Shown here one piece after another: positions 1-9,644 of a DNA stretch of 64,000 nucleotides (its first letter is position 1; every line of letters begins with the position of its first letter). This DNA comes from a phage: the NCBI GenBank assembly GCA_020773975.1, contig GCA_020773975.1_3638.1, one strand, 5' to 3'. Position numbers and translations under genes: made by a program. Under the pieces are notes generated by a model. That model worked only from the letters and a program-made list of their open reading frames with translations, was not told where the DNA came from and did no database searches.

Positions 1-224
1 TGACAATCGGAGCATGGCCTGATCCACAGCAACCTTTCTCCGCTATGATTTATCTGACGCAGGATGCCACAGGTGGGCACAGTGTGACTCTGGATCCTAA
101 TTATGTTGTCCTTAACAGTGAAACTGTTAATACAACAGCAAATTCAGTCACCATCCTTCAATTAACCTTTAATGGTGTTGAAGGTGGGGTTATCGACACT
201 GTTATTGTCCGTAGACCACAATAA
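1..224 (+). CDS. 3' end of an upstream CDS (C-terminal fragment, function unknown, possibly structural)
   Basis: Frame 3 is open from the window edge to TAA at 222-224 (...NTTANSVTILQLTFNGVEGGVIDTVIVRRPQ*); a hairpin follows. Confidence 0.3.
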   Translation, partial: TIGAWPDPQQPFSAMIYLTQDATGGHSVTLDPNYVVLNSETVNTTANSVTILQLTFNGVEGGVIDTVIVRRPQ

Positions 225-227
225 TGT

Positions 228-255
228 AAAAGGCCACAGCAGTGGCCTTTGTTTT
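228..255 (+). terminator. putative rho-independent terminator
   Basis: GGCCAC-AGCA-GTGGCC stem-loop followed by TTTGTTTT. Confidence 0.4.
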
Positions 256-266
256 AGGAGGTTTAA

Positions 267-874
267 TGTATCCAATTCCTTGTTTCTATAATACAATTAT
301 TAACAAGATAGCGGCACAATCCATAACTTTACAACCTATAGGTATTGCATTAAAAGGTAGTTCTAAAAAGCTGGCGTATGCGGTTTCCCCCGAAGGGGCT
401 GATATATATGATATAACTTTTGAAGCTAATACGCCGGATTCGGTCTCTGTTAATAAAGATGGGGAAATATCCTTTATTTCAGAAGGTTACTTCAGTATAT
501 TAATGACAGCAAAGACAGTTGGAGATATAACTTTATCCGATGTTATAATTGGAAATGTAGAAGAGTTGAGATTGGACGTTGACCCTATAGGAAATAGACC
601 AATCGGGGACAGGTTCTGGTTTGTCTATAGAGGCGATCCTTCTTTTGATCCTGGCAACCCATCCCCTAATATGGTTGGTTTTGATGTATTCCCGCCAAAG
701 ATCATGGAAGAAGATGACTTCTTTGTCTATGGGTTTGCAGAAACACCTAACATCATAAGCATGGCTCCTAGCGGGATATTTACATGCATATCCTCTGGTG
801 AGGCACAATGTGGATTAAAAGGTACATACAAAGATGTTTCTGCCACCCACAAAGAAACAGTAACGGTGGTTTAA
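267..874 (+). CDS. Ig-like (Big_2-type) domain protein, function unknown
   Basis: ATG at 267 preceded by TAGGAGG; the ORF-track start at 242 is a GTG inside the upstream hairpin; beta-rich pattern reminiscent of bacterial Ig-like domains. Confidence 0.5.
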
Positions 875-1020
875 TAAAGCTCTTTTATAATTTTGTAGGA
901 CATCACTTATTTTTACAAGTAAATATTTATTACAAATAATCCACACTTTATAGGAGTATGTAATTATCATAAGATCGCCACTGTTGTATAAATCCCTAAT
1001 AAACACCTAGACTTTAATCA

Positions 1021-1052
1021 AAAAATGGAGGGGAGATCCCCTCCATTTTTAT
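1021..1052. terminator. bidirectional rho-independent terminator between convergent genes
   Basis: AAAAA-TGGAGGGGA-GA-TCCCCTCCA-TTTTT: perfect GC-rich stem flanked by an A-run and a T-run. Confidence 0.65.
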
Positions 1053-1059
1053 GAGGTAT

Positions 1060-2277
1060 TTACAGGATGTATACCCGATGTTTACCGTACTGTAGACCTA
1101 CAGGACTGAAAGGGATATCTTCATCATAGTCAAATTCAGGTGCTGGCGATTCCATATTCGGAATATCGCTATTGGAACTGTTCAAAGGTTCCTCAGCATG
1201 CTGTTTGTTCTTTTGTTGTGTCTTCCCATCACCTTTAGATAAGAACTCGTAAAACGGCTCTGATAGTGTTAGGTAAACATCTTTGGCGGCATTCAGAATA
1301 CTATCTTCTGTTATTTTATCGGTTTGATGATACAAAGCACAAGCCACTAAGATAGCATTACCCGCACTAGCGCCCACCGCATTAGATTCCACATCTTTTC
1401 CTGTTTTCTCTGCCACAAAAGCCTTCATAGCTACTGTAGCGTTGTGAACCATCTTCGCGGCAGAGAGACGATCCTCGATCTTAAAACCAGCTTTAATGAG
1501 TTCCTTCACACCGTTGATGCCGTGCCCACAAGCAACACCTAAAGCATCATAGCCGCCAGATGACTTCTTAGTCTGCCCAGCAGGACCATAGGCTTTAAAT
1601 CCACTTAAGACCGTACCATCACTTAGGTTAACAATCGCAGTGACACGACCACCTACTACAACTTGCGCCAATTGCTCATCTGTGAGGACAAGGTTTCCTT
1701 GACCATTCTTCTCATCATTAACTGTCACCACATTGCCAACGATTGCAGCAATCTCACCATAAATTTTAGTGCCTTTAACTTGGGCATTTGCAGGTGATTG
1801 GGTCGAAGATTGCTGGCGAGGAGCACTTTGACCAACTTTACTTTCATCGAGAATGCTGAAGGTCTTTCCGTTTAAAGTGCCGTTTGTATACGTTTTATCC
1901 CCACTCTTAGTAATTTTGAGAGGGAAAGAAACAACCATCCCCGCCACAATATCTTTGTATCCAGAATCAAATTTCACCTGAATTTTGTCTGCATGGCTTG
2001 GGTGAAGTTTTTTCTCACCCATAGAAATCCACTCACCTTGGCTCTGTGGGTCAATAACGTTGTTATTATCGTCAACCTCTTGCATCAGGAAACTGATTGA
2101 GTGCGTAGCCTCAATAACTTTAGCTGGTTGCCCGTTGCGAGCAGGGATATGGGTACGCCGGATACCATCTGCGTCAGCGTTTTTCACTGGACGAATATTA
2201 ACATACTTGATAAAACCTTTCGCAAAATAATCAACTTTTCCGTTGATTGGATTCTTAAATTCATTGATTACGCTCAT
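1060..2277 (-). CDS. hypothetical protein, possible ssDNA-binding protein (weak)
   Basis: 405 aa; C-proximal acidic motif FDYDEDIPF resembles the SSB C-terminal DDDIPF tail but is followed by 15 more residues. Confidence 0.4.
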   Translation of the reverse strand: MSVINEFKNPINGKVDYFAKGFIKYVNIRPVKNADADGIRRTHIPARNGQPAKVIEATHSISFLMQEVDDNNNVIDPQSQGEWISMGEKKLHPSHADKIQVKFDSGYKDIVAGMVVSFPLKITKSGDKTYTNGTLNGKTFSILDESKVGQSAPRQQSSTQSPANAQVKGTKIYGEIAAIVGNVVTVNDEKNGQGNLVLTDEQLAQVVVGGRVTAIVNLSDGTVLSGFKAYGPAGQTKKSSGGYDALGVACGHGINGVKELIKAGFKIEDRLSAAKMVHNATVAMKAFVAEKTGKDVESNAVGASAGNAILVACALYHQTDKITEDSILNAAKDVYLTLSEPFYEFLSKGDGKTQQKNKQHAEEPLNSSNSDIPNMESPAPEFDYDEDIPFSPVGLQYGKHRVYIL

Positions 2278-2291
2278 TCTCTCTCCTTTTA

Positions 2292-2633
2292 TTACTTAAC
2301 GCCTTCAGCAGTTTCGTTTCCAACGCTCAACATTTTATCTACCACTAAATCTTCAACTTGATTTAGCAGGTTCAATGCAAAAGTGGAAGCAGTATTTAAT
2401 TTCAACAAATTGTTGCGGTGTCCTCGGATCCATGAAATTGCATCCTCTACCGTTTTATAGTTACCACTTTGGATGAGCTTTAGCATCTCTTCTCGAATTT
2501 CTTTCGACCCGATTACTGTTCCCATCTGGTGACTGGCGCTGGACAAGTATACGATTGTTCCAAACTGCCCTTCATCAAGATCAAGAAAACGGATATCCTC
2601 TTTATTTTCAGGTGTTTGTTTTTCTTTAGGCAT
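2292..2633 (-). CDS. hypothetical protein
   Basis: ORF-track ORF in a tightly packed co-directional array; no recognisable motif. Confidence 0.5.
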   Translation of the reverse strand: MPKEKQTPENKEDIRFLDLDEGQFGTIVYLSSASHQMGTVIGSKEIREEMLKLIQSGNYKTVEDAISWIRGHRNNLLKLNTASTFALNLLNQVEDLVVDKMLSVGNETAEGVK

Positions 2634-2693
2634 GTCTATTCCTTACAAGGTTGTTGAGTATCACATCTTACACTATGCATGCATGCATGTATG

Positions 2694-2885
2694 TCAAGAT
2701 GATTTTTTGTCTTTTTCTTGGAGAAAAGACAGGACAAATGCTGTAACCGCTATAATCAAAGGGGGCATGACAACAATTGCCCATGGTAGGTATAGAGGGG
2801 CAAGAACTAACCACCAAGACCAGTCTATAATCTCACACAACTTCAACGCTATGAAGAGAATGCTTAACGCAGATAAAAATCTCAT
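2694..2885 (-). CDS. small membrane protein
   Basis: 63 aa with two hydrophobic segments (ILFIALKL..., WWLVLAPLYLPWAIVVMPPLIIAVTAFVL). Confidence 0.4.
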   Translation of the reverse strand: MRFLSALSILFIALKLCEIIDWSWWLVLAPLYLPWAIVVMPPLIIAVTAFVLSFLQEKDKKSS

Positions 2886-2892
2886 AAAAACC

Positions 2893-3174
2893 TCAAGAGA
2901 AAAACTCTTCTATAACTTCCCAAACCCTTTCCGAACCCCCTCCTGAAAGGATACTCCAAATAACCATATCTTGATAGCCTTTCTTACACACATCCACTTG
3001 TCGAAATGCTTTGTGGAAACCCTCTGGACAACCATATTCCACAGGGAGCATATCCACATTATCTTCGAAATATTTAAGTAGCAATTCCTCTTCCAAAGAG
3101 GGGTTGTTGCGAAGTTTCTCTTTGAGATTCTCAACAAGTTGTGCACCTGTTAACTTTTTGTTTGTCATGTCCAA
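2893..3174 (-). CDS. hypothetical protein
   Basis: ORF-track ORF in co-directional array. Confidence 0.5.
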   Translation of the reverse strand: MDMTNKKLTGAQLVENLKEKLRNNPSLEEELLLKYFEDNVDMLPVEYGCPEGFHKAFRQVDVCKKGYQDMVIWSILSGGGSERVWEVIEEFFS

Positions 3175-3521
3175 TCTCCATTTTTAATTTCCAGTATATC
3201 TACGCTCTCTGTTGGTACAAAGCCAACAACAGGCTTCATACATTTCTCTTTTACATTATCGAAGACATACATTTCATCCAATGCTTTTTGTGTTGTGCAC
3301 GATTCCCAGTTTTTTGTGTACTCTTTGTAGCCATCCTCGTAAAGGAGGAAGTAGTTAATAGTTGTTGCCCCAAGAATAACGAACATAACAAAAGAGACAA
3401 CAACGTGTTTCCATGTTCCTTTATACGATAAAATGAAAGCCCAAATAGAACACAACACATAAAACGATAAAGCAGGGAACCAGTTATTATGCACCTGTAC
3501 CCACTCTAAAAAAGACATCAT
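3165..3521 (-). CDS. membrane-anchored hypothetical protein
   Basis: N-terminal hydrophobic helices (FPALSFYVLCSIWAFILSY..., VVVSFVMFVILGATT). Confidence 0.5.
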   Translation of the reverse strand: MMSFLEWVQVHNNWFPALSFYVLCSIWAFILSYKGTWKHVVVSFVMFVILGATTINYFLLYEDGYKEYTKNWESCTTQKALDEMYVFDNVKEKCMKPVVGFVPTESVDILEIKNGDWT

Positions 3522-3525
3522 GTTT

Positions 3526-3819
3526 CTATCCTTTATTTATATATCTCTTCCAGTCAGAAACAATGTTAGATGCAAGCTGGTAAGTTCCGTTGGCATGTCC
3601 ATCAGTTTTTGCTGCCGCTTTTACATATGGTAGGGATTGTTCGAGAGCATCCACAATCAAGGGACACATTGCAATAGCCAAAGCTAGATTCCCGTTTTCA
3701 GCGGTACAGATTGGGGAGTAGCTCTCCATTCCGTTTCCGTATTTCTCAAGACTACCTTTAACAATAACTTGGTCTTCACCAAACAAATCCTCATGATGTT
3801 CCCACATTTCTTCGATCAT
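3526..3819 (-). CDS. hypothetical protein
   Basis: ORF-track ORF in co-directional array. Confidence 0.5.
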   Translation of the reverse strand: MIEEMWEHHEDLFGEDQVIVKGSLEKYGNGMESYSPICTAENGNLALAIAMCPLIVDALEQSLPYVKAAAKTDGHANGTYQLASNIVSDWKRYINKG

Positions 3820-4041
3820 CTAGTTGTTCCTCAATTTTGCCATTGCATTATTAAATATTTTTTCGAGTTTCCTGTATTTAATCTTTTGTTTTATGCTTAA
3901 CTTTTTTCTCTCTCCGGCAACCATTGCGCCATAATACTTAAATAAAACAACACGTCTATTGCTTACTTTTAATACTTGGGATTCCCTTTTCCTTGGCAGG
4001 AGAAGGATTTTAGCTTTGCGATTTTTCAACTTTACCTCCAA
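3820..4041 (-). CDS. small basic hypothetical protein
   Basis: 73 aa, Lys/Arg-rich. Confidence 0.4.
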   Translation of the reverse strand: MEVKLKNRKAKILLLPRKRESQVLKVSNRRVVLFKYYGAMVAGERKKLSIKQKIKYRKLEKIFNNAMAKLRNN

Positions 4042-4453
4042 TCATCTTATCCAGTTTTCGCCACATATCCCACACACCACCATTACCTATTGTGTTTTTC
4101 GATGGAGTCACACAGGCGATAAATTCCAGATCAGTGCCCTTATTCATAAGATATTCAGATACCAACCCTGAAGCGATCAGTTTTATATTTTCAAGGTCTT
4201 CTTCAAGCTCCTTAATACGAGCCTGTGCTTTTTCAATTTCTTCCTTATGTCTTTTGTATTCTTGAAAAGCGTGCCAAGATTGTCCTTTATGAACACTTTC
4301 ACAAATGGCCTCTACTTGCTCTTTTGAGAGCACAGTGAGTGGTTGAGATGGGAAAATCATTATTTGTCCACTATCCCAATCGAATCCTGCATGTATAGAT
4401 TGAACATCAACCGAAGGTGTTGCTCCAACAGTACCTGGGGAATGAATAACCAT
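4010..4453 (-). CDS. hypothetical protein (coiled-coil segment)
   Basis: 147 aa; heptad-like charged stretch EEIEKAQARIKELEEDLENIK. Confidence 0.5.
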   Translation of the reverse strand: MVIHSPGTVGATPSVDVQSIHAGFDWDSGQIMIFPSQPLTVLSKEQVEAICESVHKGQSWHAFQEYKRHKEEIEKAQARIKELEEDLENIKLIASGLVSEYLMNKGTDLEFIACVTPSKNTIGNGGVWDMWRKLDKMIGGKVEKSQS

Positions 4454-4634
4454 CGTTAATTTTAATCAAAGGGAAGTCAGTAATCAAGACATGATTTAAA
4501 CCAACGGCAGTAACAAGGTATTTCTGCTCTGGATCCCAAGACAATTTAGACTTGTACAAACAACCTTGTCTAATTTTAAAATCTTCCACACACCCACCCT
4601 TCACAGTTGTGATCACGACATCCTTCAAAATCAT
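4407..4634 (-). CDS. hypothetical protein
   Basis: 75-aa ORF; its 5' end overlaps the next gene so the start is uncertain. Confidence 0.35.
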   Translation of the reverse strand: MILKDVVITTVKGGCVEDFKIRQGCLYKSKLSWDPEQKYLVTAVGLNHVLITDFPLIKINDGYSFPRYCWSNTFG

Positions 4635-5262
4635 ATGGGCTGTACTGCCAGGTTATTTTTCCGCAGTGCGGACAATTCCAGCGCACTTTCCCGCTTCGTG
4701 ACCTCTTCCTTCTGTTCTGCTTTTTCAACCAATCAGGCATGACCAAACCTGCGCCCTGAACCATTGTTCTGCGGTTAAAGTTATTGATATTGAACGTCCG
4801 GCGCTTTGCTGCATCAGCAATGGAAAATGGCAACCAAACTATTCCTGGTTCGTTTTTGTTGGCGACGCTAAAGATGGTCGCTTTACTGAAGTCATCTGTT
4901 GGCAATCCACCGTGTTGAAGCCAGTAAACATCGTTGCCGTTCCAGCTACCTTTTTTGTAGGCCACATACGCAGTGCAATCTGACTCAATCAGGCTTTCTG
5001 TAGGGATGTACTGGCAATCAACGTGCCACACAGCCATTGCATCCACACTATCAGCGCAAACAGGTTGATCGATATCTCGACCACAATTCCAGGCTTTTTG
5101 GGCTTCTTCCAGCGTGTAAACATGAGCGCGATCGATATCATAACTGTAACCATTGCCGTTATGGCAATGGAATGAGGCGTTATTACCCACAGTTTCACGC
5201 AAGCACATCATGTAAAAACGGTTGCTCACTGGTTGCCTCCGTTGCGAAGCTGTTCCGCACAA
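4576..5262 (-). CDS. Cys/His-rich hypothetical protein
   Basis: 228 aa with CPHCG and HNCEGWVCG motifs near the C-terminus (possible Zn ribbon). Confidence 0.45.
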   Translation of the reverse strand: MCGTASQRRQPVSNRFYMMCLRETVGNNASFHCHNGNGYSYDIDRAHVYTLEEAQKAWNCGRDIDQPVCADSVDAMAVWHVDCQYIPTESLIESDCTAYVAYKKGSWNGNDVYWLQHGGLPTDDFSKATIFSVANKNEPGIVWLPFSIADAAKRRTFNINNFNRRTMVQGAGLVMPDWLKKQNRRKRSRSGKVRWNCPHCGKITWQYSPYDFEGCRDHNCEGWVCGRF

Positions 5263-5675
5263 TGCCGCAGGGCATCCGTAGCATCTTTAAGCGTAACCAT
5301 CTCGTCATCATCCAGTCCTGCTCCCCTCGCATCCATGACAAACGCTGCGCAAAGGTCGTTAAACACTTCAGCCCGTATTTCAGCCAGAAAAGCATCGGTG
5401 GCTGGGGTTTTGATATCATAAATTTCAGGAAGAATCTCTTCCCATGTGACGATATCACCATTCAAATGCCAATCGGCAATCCCACTGGAGTTATCAGCAA
5501 CATCGTGGACAGCTTTAATCGCTCTGTGCAGGGCTATATTCTCAGCAACCAATTCTGCACAACGAGTCTCCAGTTCTGAGATTTTCTTTTTATTATGGTA
5601 TCCCTTTTCTAAAAGAGTTGCGCATTTACTACCTAGGCGTTTGATTTCATTGGTGTACACTGATTTCTCAGTCAT
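5226..5675 (-). CDS. hypothetical protein
   Basis: ORF-track ORF in co-directional array. Confidence 0.5.
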   Translation of the reverse strand: MTEKSVYTNEIKRLGSKCATLLEKGYHNKKKISELETRCAELVAENIALHRAIKAVHDVADNSSGIADWHLNGDIVTWEEILPEIYDIKTPATDAFLAEIRAEVFNDLCAAFVMDARGAGLDDDEMVTLKDATDALRHCAEQLRNGGNQ

Positions 5676-5895
5676 GGTTGGCTACCCCTTTCTTCAACAA
5701 CTTGATGTTAGTTTTAAGTTCTGCAATTTGACACATAGCGTCAATATTTGTGTCTTCTAACTTCTTAATTTCATCAAGAAGTGTCAATACAACCTCCGGT
5801 GTTACCATACTACGATAATCCGTCACCTCTTGATAAGTACCGCCATCTCTTGCTATCTCTGCTAACTTACGTAATTCTTGGTAGTCAATTTTCAT
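5668..5895 (-). CDS. hypothetical protein
   Basis: ORF-track ORF in co-directional array. Confidence 0.5.
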   Translation of the reverse strand: MKIDYQELRKLAEIARDGGTYQEVTDYRSMVTPEVVLTLLDEIKKLEDTNIDAMCQIAELKTNIKLLKKGVANHD

Positions 5896-6289
5896 AACTT
5901 GATAAGTCCTGCGTTGTTTTATTTACTACATCATATGCCTCTTTGAGCACCCAGTCAACAGCATCTTTCCATGCTCCGGTTTCGACTGGTGGATTCTCAC
6001 GCTTAACCTGTTCATAGAAGCGCACTGCTTTAATCAATCCTTCTAAGGTTACAGGTGTGGTGTATAACGCCTGAATTTCGTAGTTTGGTCTGTCGTTACA
6101 ATCCTCTTTTGTCGGTACATATTTCCAGTCACCAACCCACGGCTCCCCCTGAGAGTCCGTAACGCCTTTTTTCACGTAGCGATATCGCCATGCAACTGGT
6201 TGTTGGGTTGCTGCTTTAAGGCTTGGTGACGAAGATGGAAGCGCAACATTAGTCATTTCCGAGATGACAGGTTGATAACCATTGCTCAT
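5885..6289 (-). CDS. hypothetical protein
   Basis: ORF-track ORF in co-directional array. Confidence 0.5.
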   Translation of the reverse strand: MSNGYQPVISEMTNVALPSSSPSLKAATQQPVAWRYRYVKKGVTDSQGEPWVGDWKYVPTKEDCNDRPNYEIQALYTTPVTLEGLIKAVRFYEQVKRENPPVETGAWKDAVDWVLKEAYDVVNKTTQDLSSYEN

Positions 6290-6464
6290 TTAAATCTCCT
6301 CCTGCCTCATATGCCACTTGTAACCAATACATAAATGTTTCAATAGAAACACAACCACAATCCACATCAATCTGGTCATGTTGTTGTTCCAACCACTGCT
6401 GAAAACGTGATTTTTGAGTATCATTCTCTGGTTGTTCTTTTATCATTATCACCCCCATCGGCAA
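6249..6464 (-). CDS. hypothetical protein
   Basis: ORF-track ORF in co-directional array. Confidence 0.45.
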   Translation of the reverse strand: MPMGVIMIKEQPENDTQKSRFQQWLEQQHDQIDVDCGCVSIETFMYWLQVAYEAGGDLNEQWLSTCHLGND

Positions 6465-6528
6465 ACTGAGTACACTGCAAAGGCTACAGCCATTACAACC
6501 CCTACCGTTGTGAATGCTTCAGGCCAAG

Positions 6529-7191
6529 TCATTGATTCATCCCCTTCTTTTTGAGCATAGCGGCACGACAGGCATTCCAGCCATCAACATAATCAAACGT
6601 ATTGCTATCGTCTGGCTCGATTTCATCTGGTACTGCCAATGTCGGCTGGGCGGCAGCATTGGCAAAGGCTGCACGCAACCCTGTCTTAATCTCCTCTACC
6701 TCATCAGCACCTAGCGATGAATCTGACAGTGCATGATGGAATGCGTATGCCATGTCGTCGTTTACTGTTATCGGTTCCACTTTCTTTACTGTAAGTGTTG
6801 GCGGTACATGATACAACGGGATTACACGACGCGGGTCTGTACCTTTACCTGGTGGGTACGGCATTATCCAGCCTAAACCAATCTGATCAACATCCCGCAA
6901 CTCCTCTTCGTCCGTCCATCCCACCGGTTCTGCTCTCAACTCCACCTGCGCATTAGGGGAGGTGTAGAGTGGGATTCCTTTCCTCCCACCAGAAAATTCA
7001 TTGCGAGCGTTATACTCACGACCATCTGCGTCCTCACACATCCATGCTACAGGCTCTGTTTCCAGCACTGCCAGAGCAATTCGAGCCAGTTCTTGCGCTT
7101 CTTCTGCTGGCAGTACAACGTTGCCACCAAGTCCGTATGTTTCGCGCCATTGCTTGATTGTCAGCAGACGTTCTTTGGTAATAGTGGTCAT
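6529..7191 (-). CDS. hypothetical protein
   Basis: 220 aa, acidic, no recognisable catalytic motif. Confidence 0.55.
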   Translation of the reverse strand: MTTITKERLLTIKQWRETYGLGGNVVLPAEEAQELARIALAVLETEPVAWMCEDADGREYNARNEFSGGRKGIPLYTSPNAQVELRAEPVGWTDEEELRDVDQIGLGWIMPYPPGKGTDPRRVIPLYHVPPTLTVKKVEPITVNDDMAYAFHHALSDSSLGADEVEEIKTGLRAAFANAAAQPTLAVPDEIEPDDSNTFDYVDGWNACRAAMLKKKGMNQ

Positions 7192-7193
7192 AA

Positions 7194-7454
7194 CTATTTC
7201 ACCTTAATCTCAACATTTCTCACATCTAGCTCTACGGGGAGTTCTGACTTTCCGGTCAGTGCTAATGCAAGATTTTCTGGGGTAACAAGGACAGTTATTG
7301 TTTTTCCTCTCTCCAGACGAATAGCCATTCTTATCTTGTCATCATCACCTGTGTTAGGTCGAGTAATTGATATTTGTCCGTTCATATATTTATCCTTTGT
7401 TATTAATATGCCAATCCTTAACAAATAGTTATGTGAATGAAAGAAAGCAACCAA
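7194..7454 (-). CDS. hypothetical protein
   Basis: ORF-track ORF in co-directional array. Confidence 0.45.
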   Translation of the reverse strand: MVAFFHSHNYLLRIGILITKDKYMNGQISITRPNTGDDDKIRMAIRLERGKTITVLVTPENLALALTGKSELPVELDVRNVEIKVK

Positions 7455-7785
7455 AGAATTGACTCAATAGCTGCCCAACCAATAACTGCACAAACAACAC
7501 CAAGAAACAAGAAAAAACCAGTACTGGGCAAATTATTGAACATCCTCACTCCCTTTTTTGTTATTAACACGCTGTTGGAGGTCTTTTAGATGGTCAATAT
7601 TAGAGCGAACATGCTTAAGTAGCTGCTCTTTTGTAAAGGTTTTCATGATTCCCCCTCATTGAACAGAATATCTCGTAATACAGGGACGCTTTTATCCATA
7701 CTTGCTTTAAATTGTTTACTGTTCGCACTTGCCCATGTATACACAACCATTTTAGCAGCGTCGCTCAAAGTTTCATACTTATTTC

Positions 7786-8127
7786 TTAAAGCTCCTTGAA
7801 CAAATCTATGTTGTCTTGTACCCATTGCAAGCGTTCTTTGTTCTCATGGCAAGCCTTTTTAAACATTTCTCTACTATAGGGACTTGTCTGGTTGAAAGGC
7901 AATCTTTTGTCTAGCCCCGCCTTTTCGAAATCATCATGCAGCATGTCTAGTAGGTCATCTCTGTAGCAGGACAAATGATTCACATTGCACCAATCAAATA
8001 AATTAGCGCACAAACCACAGTCACGAGAGAAAATATCAGAGTCTGGTGCTCCTCTTTTTACCCAAGCATCGTAAGAAAGGTAAAAACTTTGTAGTAAGAC
8101 ATGTAGCTTTGTAATATCAAAATTCAT
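7786..8127 (-). CDS. hypothetical protein
   Basis: ORF-track ORF in co-directional array. Confidence 0.5.
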   Translation of the reverse strand: MNFDITKLHVLLQSFYLSYDAWVKRGAPDSDIFSRDCGLCANLFDWCNVNHLSCYRDDLLDMLHDDFEKAGLDKRLPFNQTSPYSREMFKKACHENKERLQWVQDNIDLFKEL

Positions 8128-8585
8128 TGTTCGAAATCTCCATTACGAAGTTGTTCTGCATAAAGAAGGGCTTGCTTTCCCGCATAGATGATGCTTTCTT
8201 CTTGCTCCTGCTCTCCGATACGGATTGTGAGCATACCGTACATATGAACACCTTGAGCCATCATCTCTGTAGAAAACTTCTGTGTGGCTTCCAAACCAGG
8301 CATTAAAAGTGATTGATCTGCTGGGGTATATGCATCAGAGATATCAGATTGTTCCCCATCAAAAACATAACAACTCTCACGAATGAACTTCTTTAGGAGT
8401 GCATTTTCTGATGCTACGTCAATGAACATACCCTCCAGTTTCTTGTAGTCATCGTAAGAAACCATGTCTGTACAGAAGGAACTCCCTTGTACAGGGGGTG
8501 ATAAATAGTCACTTGGTATTGCATGTATCTTTACATTTCTCATAGAAATTCTCCACAAAGTGTCAGGTAGCGAAATGATACACAA
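8124..8585 (-). CDS. hypothetical protein
   Basis: ORF-track ORF; stop/start overlap with the downstream gene. Confidence 0.5.
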   Translation of the reverse strand: MCIISLPDTLWRISMRNVKIHAIPSDYLSPPVQGSSFCTDMVSYDDYKKLEGMFIDVASENALLKKFIRESCYVFDGEQSDISDAYTPADQSLLMPGLEATQKFSTEMMAQGVHMYGMLTIRIGEQEQEESIIYAGKQALLYAEQLRNGDFEQ

Positions 8586-8609
8586 ACAGATTGCCTATAG
8601 CAAGTGTTC

Positions 8610-8981
8610 TTAATTAGCCAATTCAGCATCCAACGACATTATATACTCAGGTAGCTTTCGGATGTTCTCATACAGCACAATCTCTCCGTGTGTCAATGGC
8701 CTGATTTCTTTATCCACACCAACATTATTATGGTAATCCCAATCGGCATCAACATGGACGAAGACCAGTGTTCCTCTATTGCCAGCCTTAGCGTCCTTTC
8801 TTACGATAATCTCTCCGTCTATTGAAGGTAGGCATCTTTTGAAGAATTTGTTTAAAAGTTTTTGTTGAATTGCTTCTGCCAAGATCATTTTGTCTTGGCT
8901 ATCTACGATTCTTTTGATTTCAGAGTCGTTTACTTCAACATCAATAAGTTGTGTTGTTGTCTGGGTTCCTTTTACTTTCAT
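8610..8981 (-). CDS. hypothetical protein
   Basis: ORF-track ORF in co-directional array. Confidence 0.5.
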   Translation of the reverse strand: MKVKGTQTTTQLIDVEVNDSEIKRIVDSQDKMILAEAIQQKLLNKFFKRCLPSIDGEIIVRKDAKAGNRGTLVFVHVDADWDYHNNVGVDKEIRPLTHGEIVLYENIRKLPEYIMSLDAELAN

Positions 8982-9026
8982 GCCACCTCTTCTTTTAAAA
9001 AGGTGCTTTTCAGCACCTTACCATTT

Positions 9027-9326
9027 TTAGTGAGAATCTGCCCATGTGTATCCACAAAGATATTCTCCTGTAATTAAAACTGGAAGCCCCATTATCTTAG
9101 ATGCTTTTTCTACACATTTTGTTGCAAGCTCTCCTACTGGGCAATGCAGTATCCTGTATTTCCCATACACATCAGGTTCAACAATAACTCTACCCGCTTT
9201 CACATAATGTCCGTCGAAACGATGACCTTTTTCAAGCATCATATCTACATAGCTTTGTGCCGCCTCTAAGTTAGAATGCTCCGTTATTGATTTAAATCTT
9301 TCCGGTACTTGTACCTGTATCTCATC
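9027..9326 (-). CDS. DNA polymerase, family A (T7 gp5-like), 3' exon carrying motif C
   Basis: Begins ...DEIQVQV (motif C, HDE of Pol A; T7 gp5 has WVHDEIQV as recalled) and ends ...YTWADSH, like the T7 polymerase C-terminus; ORF-track start 9329 includes the ATG whose G is proposed to be the intron 3' terminal G. Confidence 0.65.
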   Translation of the reverse strand, partial: DEIQVQVPERFKSITEHSNLEAAQSYVDMMLEKGHRFDGHYVKAGRVIVEPDVYGKYRILHCPVGELATKCVEKASKIMGLPVLITGEYLCGYTWADSH

Positions 9327-9644
9327 CATCAGTTCAGAGAGTTCGTTACGCTCTCCCGCACCATTACGTGCATAGCCACAAGATTTCTCCTGTGGGTCGG
9401 ACTATCTCATCCTCCTGATATTAAGGAGGCCTCCCGTTTCGACCGCACTTGCTGGCCTACTCTACTCGCTTTCACATTACTAGTGTGCTTTCGATAGTCT
9501 CTGAACGTTCATCCCATAGGGATGCTTCGCTGCGGATTAGCATATTGAACTTTTGCTACTTTTACGTATAAAAGCCAGCTTAGCCTTCCCGTCAATTAGA
9601 GAGGTTTTCGACATGCATTACTGCATGAAGCCACAATGTTATTT
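9327..9644 (-). ncRNA. putative self-splicing group I intron in the DNA polymerase gene (no ORF)
   Basis: 318 nt between codon His (9645-9647) and codon Asp (9324-9326); joining gives ...VIYYH|DEIQV in frame; 5' exon ends in U, insert ends in G; GUGG 11 nt into the insert can pair with exon CCAU giving a U-G wobble at the splice site. Confidence 0.5.

Noticed and set aside
242-266. ORF-track start at 242 for the Ig-like protein
   Set aside because: It is a GTG inside the upstream terminator hairpin; the ATG at 267 with an AGGAGG SD is far more plausible.
533-1006. Antisense ORFs listed by the ORF track (for example 533-808 and 815-1006, and others such as 9750-10085, 19251-19586, 23776-24264)
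   Set aside because: They lie wholly inside, and antisense to, longer ORFs with recognisable domains or consistent gene-array context; typical shadow ORFs.
1060-2277. Confident SSB assignment
   Set aside because: The DEDIPF-like motif is not at the extreme C-terminus and no clear OB-fold signature could be read; kept only as a low-confidence suggestion.
8704-8712. DnaA-box-like TTATCCACA
   Set aside because: Single occurrence inside a coding region with no accompanying AT-rich unwinding element.
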